From a virus (Duplodnaviria; Caudoviricetes), in IMG/VR virus record IMGVR_UViG_3300042334_000269, positions 1-25,558 of that record: a stretch of DNA of 25,558 bases; one strand, given 5' to 3'. The position numbers and the translations under genes are program-made. The notes below the pieces were generated by a model. The model had not been told where the DNA came from. It did no database searches and worked only from the letters and a program-made list of their open reading frames with translations. Shown here piece by piece: positions 9,342 through 18,258 of this stretch. Every line of letters begins with the position of its first letter. Positions within the stretch are counted from its first letter, which is position 1.

Positions 9342-10658
9342 TTAACCAACTCTAATAGGGATAATTTGAATGCCCACTCTAGGAGTATTTAAATTACCAG
9401 TGGGATAAAAAGTAGCACTGCCAAAAGAAACTTTACATGCTAGTTGCAACGTCGCGCTTGCTCCTTTACCATTAACACGAGTATTTCTGTACATGTTTGC
9501 CCCTAAATCACTAGTAGTATACATCCAAGCACCATAAGCATCAGTATTGTCAAAAGACATTACAAGTTGACCGCTGCCGCTAACAAGCCTAGCCGCCGAT
9601 GCCCAGAAAGTAACCATATAATCCCCAGCCAACGGACAAACCACACTAGGTAAAGTCCCCCCAGAAGGCTGACCATAAGCAGCAGAAGTAAAACTACCAT
9701 AATTTACTCCAGAACTCTCAGTAGTTTTAGGCGGGCCACCAACAAATTCCCACTTATAAGCGGAAGCAGAACCGCTGCGATATCTAAACTGCCAATAAAG
9801 ACCATTAGCAGCATCAACCTGATAGTAAATAATTTGACCATCAATAGGGCTACTAGGTAAACTAGTTACAATACTTTTAGGAGCATAAATACTAGTATAA
9901 TTATCTAAGCCTTTAAGATGAGCAGTAAGATCTGTAGTCGCGCCTGCTTCAGTAGGGCTAGAGTCTCTAGTATAATAAGTAGGAACAAAATCAATCTGAT
10001 CTCTATCCGCATCAATAATATCAGACCCGCCGCGAATATGACTAGCAGCATGAGCAACAGTACTAGGCTCAACATCACCACTAAAAATAGCCTTAATATA
10101 ATACAAAGGAGAACCAGCACCACTACCACTAATATTAGGAACATTAAACGTAGTACCATCACCACTACCATAAGTAGTACCAATACTAGCAAACAAGTCT
10201 GCGTAAGTAGTACGACTAAGCGCCTGACCATCAGCACGAACCCAACCAGTAGGCACACTAGTCATAGCAAATAATTGCAAAGAACCAACGGGAACACCTA
10301 TAAGACTAGATGAAGTAGTTAAAGCCACACTATCATCAGTGACACGAATAATAAAAATACCCGTAGTGCCGCGATAATCAGGAAGTGCAAACGTTGTACC
10401 CGGCACACTACCCGGCCCAAACGAGACACCAATAAGCGCAAAAAGAGTAGGATAAGAATTACGAAGCACACTAGCCCCATCAGCCTTAAGCCAACCATTA
10501 GGAGGATAAGTACCCGTATAAGAAATAATAGTACCGACTGGAGCGAATGCTGTAGTAGAACCAGTAAGGTTCCACTTAGAACCATCATACGTCCATGTTA
10601 CTCCACCACTAGCAAAACGTTGTCCAGAGGTAGGACTATTAGGAAAATCAATTGCCAT
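9342..10658 (-). CDS. Tail fibre with two tandem tail-collar domains and a beta-sandwich tip (438 aa)
   Basis: Collar 1 is PVGTIISYTG..PPNGWLKADG...YPTLFALIG...FALPDYRG. Collar 2 is PVGSLQLFA...PTGWVRADGQ...YADLFASIGTTYGSGDGTTFNVPN. N-terminus MAIDFPNSPTSGQ..., AGGAGG SD. Confidence 0.85.
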   Translation of the reverse strand: MAIDFPNSPTSGQRFASGGVTWTYDGSKWNLTGSTTAFAPVGTIISYTGTYPPNGWLKADGASVLRNSYPTLFALIGVSFGPGSVPGTTFALPDYRGTTGIFIIRVTDDSVALTTSSSLIGVPVGSLQLFAMTSVPTGWVRADGQALSRTTYADLFASIGTTYGSGDGTTFNVPNISGSGAGSPLYYIKAIFSGDVEPSTVAHAASHIRGGSDIIDADRDQIDFVPTYYTRDSSPTEAGATTDLTAHLKGLDNYTSIYAPKSIVTSLPSSPIDGQIIYYQVDAANGLYWQFRYRSGSASAYKWEFVGGPPKTTESSGVNYGSFTSAAYGQPSGGTLPSVVCPLAGDYMVTFWASAARLVSGSGQLVMSFDNTDAYGAWMYTTSDLGANMYRNTRVNGKGASATLQLACKVSFGSATFYPTGNLNTPRVGIQIIPIRVG

Positions 10659-10667
10659 ACTACCTCC

Positions 10668-12356
10668 TTAGGTTTTAATTAAATAATTAACAATAATTGT
10701 TGGCGGCATATTTTGTGCTGTACCAGTCCCGTTTGTAACGGCTTCGCCACCAAAACCGCTCCAACTAGTTGAGTTTGGCGTTGTGTTTGTCCAGTTAGTA
10801 CTAAAATAACTTCCGGGATTTGCTGCTGCTCCACCCGCTGTTGCTTGCGGAAGTGTTATAGAATGCCCATGTCCGTGCATTCTTTGATCTCCTCCTGTTG
10901 CGCCAAGAGTTACAGCATTAATTCCACTATTATTAGTTCCCGTATTAGTAATTCTATTTGCAGCAGAGCCGCCCATATTATCCTTACCAGCAAGCATACG
11001 ACCACGGAGATCAGGCAAACCAAACGTAGTAGCACCATCACCCACACCATACACCGTACCAAGCGCAGTAAACAAACGCGCATAAGTAGCACGACTAAGA
11101 TTCTGACCATAACAATACAACCAACCACTAGGCTCAACACTACTAGCCGTAGGCATAATCATACCAGCAGGGATAATAGTATCAGCAGTAATATCAACAG
11201 CACCAGTATTACCAACCTCAACCCAGAAAGAATCATAATAAATATAAGTCTTACCAGTAGTCGAATCATACCACAAGTTACCAGCAACACCACTAGGAGC
11301 CGTATCAGCAACAGTAATACTACCACCGCCACCAACTTTAAGAAACGCAGAACCATTAGAACGATATAAAGCATAAGGCTCGCCCACAGTATTAACTGCG
11401 AACAACACACCATCAGGATGCAACGAAGCACTAAACGTCGGGAGCGCGGTACCATACCCGATGATTTTAGAATAGTCTAGTACATCAGCGCCGCCCGGAA
11501 TATGCGTAGCAGCATGAGTACTTACATCACCAGTATCACCACGCGGAATAGTAAAATCAAAAGTAGCAGCAGCGCTCGAACCACTATTAGTAATAATAGC
11601 ACTAGTACCAGCAGCACCAGTAGTAACAGTACCAACAGCAATAGTAGCCGCCGCACCAGTATCACCCGTAGCACCAGTCGCCCCAGTAGGACCAGTAGGC
11701 CCAGTCGCGCCCGTAGGACCACGTTCACCCGTCTGAATATTAGACACAGGAGTAACACTAACAATAACACTAGGCGACTCGGGACTAGTAGGACTAGTAT
11801 GAGCAGGATCAAACTGTAAACTAACATTAGTACTAGTGGCCCACCACCACAACTCTACATAATCATTAGGACTAGTAGCAGTACCCACAATACTAATAGT
11901 AACCGACTCACTACTAGGCACACCCGCACTCTTACGAGGCTGAATATTAACCTCAGTACTAGAATGCGGATAATCAACGCCATTAAACCGCAACCACAAA
12001 CTAGCATCCTGAACAGCATTAGAAAGATTACTAAGATGCGCTAAATAATTAAGAGTATAAGTACCGGGATACTCAAACGTAATCTTAGAACCATCAACAA
12101 TACTAACCCCATTAGAACCCCAAGTATTATTAATCGTAACAACCTGATTAGTATTAGCCGCAACAATACTCTGATCAGTCGTATCATAAAAAGAACCATA
12201 ATAAGGATTAGCAGAAGCACCAATAACATTCTGCGTAGTCTGACTATAACTAGGAGTATAACTATTAATTTCTTTACGAGTAAGATTAACTACATACTCA
12301 ATAAATTCTTGTTTGCCCCTATCAGAAAGAAGATCAAAAGTAGGGATACCAAACAT
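10668..12356 (-). CDS. Tail fibre with C1q/TNF-like domain, collagen-like repeat and tail-collar domain (562 aa)
   Basis: YGSFYDTTDQ...ITFEYPGTY beta domain, nine G-X-Y triplets, collar IPAGMIMP...PSGWLYCYGQ...YARLFTALGTVYGVGDGATTFGLPDLRGR, an HGHGH motif and the C-terminal PPTIIVNYLIK motif. Confidence 0.85.
   Translation of the reverse strand: MFGIPTFDLLSDRGKQEFIEYVVNLTRKEINSYTPSYSQTTQNVIGASANPYYGSFYDTTDQSIVAANTNQVVTINNTWGSNGVSIVDGSKITFEYPGTYTLNYLAHLSNLSNAVQDASLWLRFNGVDYPHSSTEVNIQPRKSAGVPSSESVTISIVGTATSPNDYVELWWWATSTNVSLQFDPAHTSPTSPESPSVIVSVTPVSNIQTGERGPTGATGPTGPTGATGATGDTGAAATIAVGTVTTGAAGTSAIITNSGSSAAATFDFTIPRGDTGDVSTHAATHIPGGADVLDYSKIIGYGTALPTFSASLHPDGVLFAVNTVGEPYALYRSNGSAFLKVGGGGSITVADTAPSGVAGNLWYDSTTGKTYIYYDSFWVEVGNTGAVDITADTIIPAGMIMPTASSVEPSGWLYCYGQNLSRATYARLFTALGTVYGVGDGATTFGLPDLRGRMLAGKDNMGGSAANRITNTGTNNSGINAVTLGATGGDQRMHGHGHSITLPQATAGGAAANPGSYFSTNWTNTTPNSTSWSGFGGEAVTNGTGTAQNMPPTIIVNYLIKT
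11649..11729 (-). repeat. Collagen-like (Gly-X-Y)9 coding repeat
   Basis: GER GPT GAT GPT GPT GAT GAT GDT GAA, read directly from the translation. Confidence 0.9.
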
Positions 12357-15286
12357 TAGTTACGTCCCTTCCTTAGTGGCTTCAAACCAAACACCCAATC
12401 ATTAACATTAACTACTTCAGGAATATTCTCAGTACTACCATCAGGCTTATAATTACGTAGCGAGTAGAATTTAAAGCCGAGACTATTCTGCCTAAACCCA
12501 ATCCACCTACTAAACCGAATAAAACTACCACGGAATACTCTATTCCATGTTTGTGTAGTTGTTACTGGATTAGCCCAAACGGTACCATCCCATGTATAGG
12601 TATTATTATTGGTAGTAGAATGAAACTTAAGGCCAACCCGTAAGCCGTTAGCACTAGTTAATTCTACCCAACCAGAAGCCTGATAACCAACAAAGACTTT
12701 ACCCGACGTAGTATTAAGATACGCTTGCGAATTATTAATAATAGGAGGAGTAGTCGTGTATACAGTATCAAACGTAGGCGCAGAAGAGACACGCGGCCCA
12801 CTCAAATACTGAATATACGGACTAGAACTAATAGTACTAGCCCAATAATTATTCCACGAATACTGATTCTCCTGATACCACTTCCACTTCTGATTCGTAG
12901 GAGGAATAAGGAAGAACCCCGACTCGTCCGCATTACAAAACAAATCATCTGTACCCGTAGTAGCAGACACAAGACTATTATTATTAATGTCAACAAACTC
13001 AACCATCATATAACCCTTATTAATACTAAGGTTAAACATTAGTTTACGCCACCACTTATTAAGAGTAGACTCACCAAAGTTATACTGCTTAGTTTCTAAG
13101 AAGAAGTCTGGCCCAGCAAGAGTAGTACCAGCGCTACTAATAACAATATCATTGCTCTTAATAGTATCTGTAACAAAGTCGCCAATGTTCTCTGTAAAAA
13201 TACTCTTCATATCTAGCAAAGAACCCTTGTTAGTAGTGTCCGTATTCATAACAACAATATCAGTCATGTATCCGCGAGGAGCAAAGTTACTAAGAGTACC
13301 AATGGCACCAGTAGGAAGATAAATATTAAAGGTAATTCTATCAGGAGTAACCTCACTATACGCACCAGTGTTAGTAAGTTTAATGATTTCCTCATCACCA
13401 AAGTTACCAAGATTAGTCCACCGCGTATTAAGCGCATCATAAATATAAAGTAATTGTTCAGTACTCTGATAGAATAATTGTCTATCAGTAGGAGAAGCGG
13501 GGAACGCTGTGCCACTAATACTACTAATCGTAGTGGGTGTGCCCTCTGATTCCCACCGCTTCATAGTATAATTAGAATACCAATTAGTAAAATTAATTAC
13601 AAGATAATTATTATTGATAAACGCATACACACGATCCTTACCAACATCAAAATTCTTAATACCATCAGTATAATAAATACCTAGTGTCTCATTCGTAAAG
13701 TTACGGACAGTAACACCATCATAATAATAGATGCCCTGCTTACCAGCCCAGATAACACCACCACCAACCTGCACAATACTACTAGTAGATAACGTACCAT
13801 CAGGATACAATTCTTCTAACGAGAAGTTAGAACGATTAGTTCCCTTAATGATATACGTCTTAGACTCTACGAACACTAGCAAGCCAGCGTTAGACCCAGC
13901 AATACCACGAATAGGTTCCTTACCGGGAATAACAATACTATCAGAAGCGTCCTGACACAAGTTAATATTCTCAGAATTATCTGTACCACTAAACACGACA
14001 CGATTAATAAACTTATCATACTGTGTGCTATTAGTATTAAAACTAGCAAACCATTGCCGATTAGCATAGGTAGCGTTGAACAAGCCGGGAGCAGGCGCAG
14101 CAACTGTAGACCCACTTAGCGTAGGCGTATTAGGGCGCTGATCTGGCCTCCGATTATTAAGATCCATAGGGAACTTAAAAGAGTCCTGAGCAAGACCACT
14201 ATTATACATGTTAGTATCATTACGCATAATAAAATAATTCTCGTCTTGCAAACGATTCTTAGCAACACTAGTACCATTACTAATTTCAACCTGCGTATTA
14301 GATTGCGTACCATTCCACACAACCTTAGCAACATAAGCATGATCAGACTGCCGATACACAGTAGCCTCATGAGTAGCATCATCCGCATTAACGGTCACGC
14401 GAGCAGCACTAAACAAGCCCTCAGAATCAGAACCAAGCCGACCACTAGTAAGAAAATTACCACCATCATTAGTAGCAAGACCACGACCATACTGGTGTAC
14501 AAAACCTCGAAAACTCATATAACGAATAGTACCAGAGTAAGTCTCGCTCTGACTAAGGCCAAGGATATCCTTCTCAAGCGTAACAGTATTATTAACAGTA
14601 TCAACACTAGCAACAGTACCAAGATAACGACCACCAGTATTACTAAAAACAAACATACCACTCTCAACAGTACCCGCAGCAATACTATTATGACTAATAA
14701 GCGCAGCATTCGTACCTAAATTAAAACTACCACTAGCAATATTAATCGTAGGTAGTCCAGCGCCCCGCCAATACAACAAAGCAGCAACATTATTAGCAAG
14801 ATCATTATTAGTAACATCATCAAAAACAGTAATCCAAACACCATCATGCAAAGCAGGATTAGCACTAATAATAGTATTATTAATCCAACGCTTATTAGTA
14901 GTATCATACTTAGTAATCAACTTAAAGGGAAGCGTAATACCAGTAGCATTAACAGGAGCAATACCACCAACCTTCTTATAAACATAAACCTTAGCATCGC
15001 CAGACGGAGCAGCACCATCACTCGTCACGCCCGTAGCGCAGAACACAGCGCCACGCCAATCATTACTCGTAGTATAATGCTCACACGCACCAAGAGCCGA
15101 CTCGTTATTAGCGATAGCCGCATTAGCCAACCAGTACTTCAAAGGACCACGCATACGAATCTGACCCGGACGATCAACAAGCACATCCTGCATCCACCGA
15201 CAATAAGCATCATCAATAAACAATGGTGGCCCAGCAAGACTCATACCCCTAGGCACCGGGGGAACAGCCGTAAATTCTAAACTCAT
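12356..15286 (-). CDS. Tail nozzle / DNA-stabilization protein (P22 gp10 / T7 gp12-like), 976 aa
   Basis: Follows the adaptor. Beta-propeller-like blades (NRVVFSG...PIRGIAGSNAGLLVFVESKTYIIKG...GTLSTSSIVQVGGGVIWAGKQGIYYYDG) and the late motif FFLETKQYNFG...K.WRKL typical of podoviral nozzles. Confidence 0.75.
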   Translation of the reverse strand: MSLEFTAVPPVPRGMSLAGPPLFIDDAYCRWMQDVLVDRPGQIRMRGPLKYWLANAAIANNESALGACEHYTTSNDWRGAVFCATGVTSDGAAPSGDAKVYVYKKVGGIAPVNATGITLPFKLITKYDTTNKRWINNTIISANPALHDGVWITVFDDVTNNDLANNVAALLYWRGAGLPTINIASGSFNLGTNAALISHNSIAAGTVESGMFVFSNTGGRYLGTVASVDTVNNTVTLEKDILGLSQSETYSGTIRYMSFRGFVHQYGRGLATNDGGNFLTSGRLGSDSEGLFSAARVTVNADDATHEATVYRQSDHAYVAKVVWNGTQSNTQVEISNGTSVAKNRLQDENYFIMRNDTNMYNSGLAQDSFKFPMDLNNRRPDQRPNTPTLSGSTVAAPAPGLFNATYANRQWFASFNTNSTQYDKFINRVVFSGTDNSENINLCQDASDSIVIPGKEPIRGIAGSNAGLLVFVESKTYIIKGTNRSNFSLEELYPDGTLSTSSIVQVGGGVIWAGKQGIYYYDGVTVRNFTNETLGIYYTDGIKNFDVGKDRVYAFINNNYLVINFTNWYSNYTMKRWESEGTPTTISSISGTAFPASPTDRQLFYQSTEQLLYIYDALNTRWTNLGNFGDEEIIKLTNTGAYSEVTPDRITFNIYLPTGAIGTLSNFAPRGYMTDIVVMNTDTTNKGSLLDMKSIFTENIGDFVTDTIKSNDIVISSAGTTLAGPDFFLETKQYNFGESTLNKWWRKLMFNLSINKGYMMVEFVDINNNSLVSATTGTDDLFCNADESGFFLIPPTNQKWKWYQENQYSWNNYWASTISSSPYIQYLSGPRVSSAPTFDTVYTTTPPIINNSQAYLNTTSGKVFVGYQASGWVELTSANGLRVGLKFHSTTNNNTYTWDGTVWANPVTTTQTWNRVFRGSFIRFSRWIGFRQNSLGFKFYSLRNYKPDGSTENIPEVVNVNDWVFGLKPLRKGRN

Positions 15287-15304
15287 AACTACCCCCCTCG
15301 TTAC

Positions 15305-15937
15305 TTAGAAAACAAAATCATTATCATCAAGAATAACAACACGATCAGGACGATCATACTGCTTCATCCACAAGTCGCCACGCGCTGTCTGAAGTCTCGC
15401 CTCCATGACCTGCTGCATAGCCGCACCCTGCGGATCATCATTAATATAATACGCCTTACTAAGAGCCGCATACAATACGACACTATCGTGACGCGGTGGC
15501 CAGAGAATACTCGTATCAGCACTAGTTTCAACAAGCGTCGAAGGATTAGTAAGAAACCTAATACGCAACTGCTTACCAGCATCCGGCGTAGGCCACAAGA
15601 ATAAATCATCACCAATAAAATAATAATGAGTAGGAGAACCAATCGTATCCAAATCATAAACAAAATCTTTTAACTGAGAATCAGTACGCATAGGCTCTAA
15701 CACAATATTATCAGTCTTATTAACAAACGCGAGAACCTGACCCAACGGAAGCGTAGTGCTCACACTAGCATCATTAGCGGCCTGAGTAATGGACTCCTGC
15801 TTCTCACGAAAAGGCCAAGGCTCACGCAAACACAACTCCTTATGAGCATCATCAAGAAGCCGAGCAAGAGTAGTACGATCAAGATCATCAAAACCATAAT
15901 CCTCCATAGTATCAACCCAATCAGTCATTACCGTCAT
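15305..15937 (-). CDS. Head-to-tail adaptor (P22 gp4 / T7 gp11-like), 210 aa
   Basis: LLDDAHKELC...WPF, GSPTHYY...LFLWPTPD, P..HDSVVLYAALSKAY pattern. Immediately upstream of the nozzle. Confidence 0.75.
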   Translation of the reverse strand: MTVMTDWVDTMEDYGFDDLDRTTLARLLDDAHKELCLREPWPFREKQESITQAANDASVSTTLPLGQVLAFVNKTDNIVLEPMRTDSQLKDFVYDLDTIGSPTHYYFIGDDLFLWPTPDAGKQLRIRFLTNPSTLVETSADTSILWPPRHDSVVLYAALSKAYYINDDPQGAAMQQVMEARLQTARGDLWMKQYDRPDRVVILDDNDFVF

Positions 15938-16340
15938 CCGTACCCACCACCTTTCTCACACTCTTAATAATAGGACTCTTACCATGCTTACGCATCAAAT
16001 GCTCCACATGCTCAACGCTCTCACTAGCCGCCTGCTCACTAACATAATCAAGCGCCTTACGCCGCTCCTCATCAGCACGACGAGCCTCCAAAAGAAGACG
16101 ATCACCATGCTTACGAGTATCACCAGCATTCAACTTAGCAATAGCCTCATGCGGCTCAGGAATAGTATTCTGAAAACCAATAACAGGAAAAGGATCCCTA
16201 TCACCCGGCATACGAATAAAAATACACCAATCATTAGTATCAGGATTACGAGCAAACATAAGCCGTTCATCATGCTCACGCACAGCACGATCAACCTTAT
16301 ATGCCCGATAATCCTTACCATTAGGCAACCATAAACTCAT
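15921..16340 (-). CDS. Hypothetical phage protein (139 aa; start moved to ATG 16340)
   Basis: The ATG overlaps the TGA of the upstream gene (TGATG). Codon bias matches the operon. Overlaps the adaptor gene by 17 nt. Confidence 0.75.
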   Translation of the reverse strand: MSLWLPNGKDYRAYKVDRAVREHDERLMFARNPDTNDWCIFIRMPGDRDPFPVIGFQNTIPEPHEAIAKLNAGDTRKHGDRLLLEARRADEERRKALDYVSEQAASESVEHVEHLMRKHGKSPIIKSVRKVVGTDDGND

Positions 16341-16615
16341 CAGCAATCCCACGCTCTCAACGACTTATTAATACGACTATTAGGATCATTAGCAGTCTTA
16401 GACGAAGTATTCTTCTTCTTCATACCCATCATCCTAGCACAAAAACTCTTACGCCTAGCAGCAGCCTTAGGGCTACGAGAAGCCTCAGACTTCTTCACAG
16501 GCGGTTTCAAACCCGGCTTACCCGGATTAGCGCGATTATAAGCAGCCCGACCAGCAGCATTCAAGCCACCCTCAGGATCCTTACCTTCTTTACGAGTCCA
16601 CGCAGGCGTACTCAC
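16340..16615 (-). CDS. Small basic conserved phage protein (DUF6321-like, 91 aa)
   Basis: AWTRKEGK.P.GGLN..GR and RRKSFCARM.GMKKK...DPNSRINKSLRAW.C, a motif set recalled from a widespread phage family of unknown function. Confidence 0.75.
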   Translation of the reverse strand: MSTPAWTRKEGKDPEGGLNAAGRAAYNRANPGKPGLKPPVKKSEASRSPKAAARRKSFCARMMGMKKKNTSSKTANDPNSRINKSLRAWDC

Positions 16616-16674
16616 AAGCCTCGCCTACGCTTCCAACGAATAATACTATAACGATTATGCGCCGTAGTACTCAT
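16612..16674 (-). CDS. Putative 20-aa basic micropeptide (not in ORF track)
   Basis: MSTTAHNRYSIIRWKRRRGL*. The ATG is 2 nt after the upstream TAA and the stop overlaps the next start (GTGA), so it fills the gap exactly. Confidence 0.45.
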   Translation of the reverse strand: MSTTAHNRYSIIRWKRRRGL

Positions 16675-16676
16675 AA

Positions 16677-16802
16677 TTACTTCTTACCTTTGCTCTTAGA
16701 CCGCTTATACGCAGCATTAGCAATAGCATAAACCTTACTAGGAGGCCAAGAAGGATTATCTCGCTTCAAAGCCTTAACAATATCATCCACCTTCTTAGGC
16801 AT
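16677..16802 (-). CDS. 41-aa Lys-rich protein (not in ORF track)
   Basis: GAGGAGGG SD then ATG: MPKKVDDIVKALKRDNPSWPPSKVYAIANAAYKRSKSKGKK*. T/G-ending codons like the rest of the operon. Confidence 0.75.
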   Translation of the reverse strand: MPKKVDDIVKALKRDNPSWPPSKVYAIANAAYKRSKSKGKK

Positions 16803-16813
16803 AAACCCTCCTC

Positions 16814-16850
16814 ATAAGAATAGGGCAGGGAGCCGCAGCCCCCTGCCCCA
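16814..16850 (-). terminator. Intrinsic terminator/attenuator after the major capsid gene
   Basis: Minus strand TGGGGCAGGGGGC-TGCG-GCTCCCTGCCCTA followed by TTCTTAT. The two mismatches are G.U pairs only on the minus strand. The imperfect U tract is consistent with read-through into tail genes. Confidence 0.8.
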
Positions 16851-16861
16851 TAATTTATAGA

Positions 16862-18238
16862 CTAGAAACCCTGATCGAAGTTACCAGCACCATCAACAGC
16901 AATATTGCTGATGACACACTGATTGTTACGACGAGTAGCACCCATGTTCATATAACGAACCATGACAGCCTCGAACGCATCAACATTACCAGCCTGTCGA
17001 AGCGTCATACCATCAGCGTCAAGGAAGTGGAAGTCCTGATCCGAGAACACCTTGAGCGAAGACTCGTCAAGGATATACATCGTACCATACGGAGCCTCTA
17101 GATCCGAAACAATAGGCAGCCCAGCGTACATCAGAGTACGGAAACCAGCCGAATAATCCGGCGACTGCATGTTCTCCTGATAGATAGCCATCGTCTGAAA
17201 GAGATTATAAATCTCACGCTGGACACCCAGCGAAGTGACGATAGCAGTCGGAGTTCCACCAGCATTACGCACCTTGTTAATAGCCTTCTGAATATCATCA
17301 AAAGCAATGACGCGAACACCATTAGTAGCCGTAGCATTCTCAGGCGTAACCGTCTGAGCAGCCCACCACGAGTTACTACCCGTAGCAGTAAGTCCACCAA
17401 ACGACTCAGCAGAAACGATACGCTTCAACCCATCAACCTCATCCGACAACGAGTACGTTCCCGGATTAGAAGCACTCGGTGCTTCAGTCGAAGAGTACTG
17501 TGCAACACCAGCACGAACAATGACCTGACCCGACGCGAACGTCGGAGCCGTAGCCGTCGTGACCGTAATAAGATGCACACCAGAAGCCGCATTCGGGAAC
17601 ACACCCGTAATCGGAATGGCGATACCATTTGCAACGTCAACACCAGCACTCGTCTTAAGAGTGATGTTCATGCCAACATACAACTGGCCCTTATTAATAG
17701 CCTCATAACCTTCGCCAACCTCATAACCAGACGAAGAGTTAGCCTTCAACGTAATGATACAATCACCAGCAGCAGCCGTGACACCACTAACCGTGGCAGC
17801 CTTAGCCGAGATAGCCGTAATAACAGCAATCGTACCCGTACCAGCACCATACACCTGACGCGCAAGATCCTTACGAAGATCAACACGAAGACCATCCAAC
17901 TCGGACTTAAGAGCCTGCAGGAACGCGCCAGCCTCACTCTTCGTCTTAGCCATCGACGGACCCGTAACATTAACCTTACCATACAGGTACTTCAGATCGT
18001 ACACAGCCTTCTCATACGACAAGTTACCAGCAGTCGGCAGCGCAGCGTTCTCAGAACGAGCACCAATACCACTAGTACGAGTAGCAGAAAGCGGCACATA
18101 CGCACGCTTACCAACCAGATCCTCCGACCGCGACTCAAGACGCGACAAGAGAAGAACTTCCTTATTCAACTGCTCAACAACCGGCCCCATGTAATACTCT
18201 TTGAGAATGTTGCTAAGCGTAACGAGGGTAGCACCCAT
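16862..18238 (-). CDS. Major capsid protein (HK97 fold presumed), 458 aa
   Basis: GGAGG SD; lies after the scaffold and before a terminator. N-arm ILKEYY.GPVVEQLN, long spine-helix-like segment (LKSELDGLRVDLRKDLARQVYGAG), C-terminal YAGLPIVSD..AP.GTMYILD. More C-ending codons, as expected for a highly expressed gene. Confidence 0.85.
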   Translation of the reverse strand: MGATLVTLSNILKEYYMGPVVEQLNKEVLLLSRLESRSEDLVGKRAYVPLSATRTSGIGARSENAALPTAGNLSYEKAVYDLKYLYGKVNVTGPSMAKTKSEAGAFLQALKSELDGLRVDLRKDLARQVYGAGTGTIAVITAISAKAATVSGVTAAAGDCIITLKANSSSGYEVGEGYEAINKGQLYVGMNITLKTSAGVDVANGIAIPITGVFPNAASGVHLITVTTATAPTFASGQVIVRAGVAQYSSTEAPSASNPGTYSLSDEVDGLKRIVSAESFGGLTATGSNSWWAAQTVTPENATATNGVRVIAFDDIQKAINKVRNAGGTPTAIVTSLGVQREIYNLFQTMAIYQENMQSPDYSAGFRTLMYAGLPIVSDLEAPYGTMYILDESSLKVFSDQDFHFLDADGMTLRQAGNVDAFEAVMVRYMNMGATRRNNQCVISNIAVDGAGNFDQGF

Positions 18239-18258
18239 GTTAAACCTCCAATAATATT

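Noticed and set aside
6918-12356. Diversity-generating retroelement or invertible tail-fibre cassette
   Set aside because: No near-identical TR/VR pair differing at adenines, no reverse transcriptase or invertase, and no inverted fibre segments in the window. Paralogous similarity is short and mostly at protein level.
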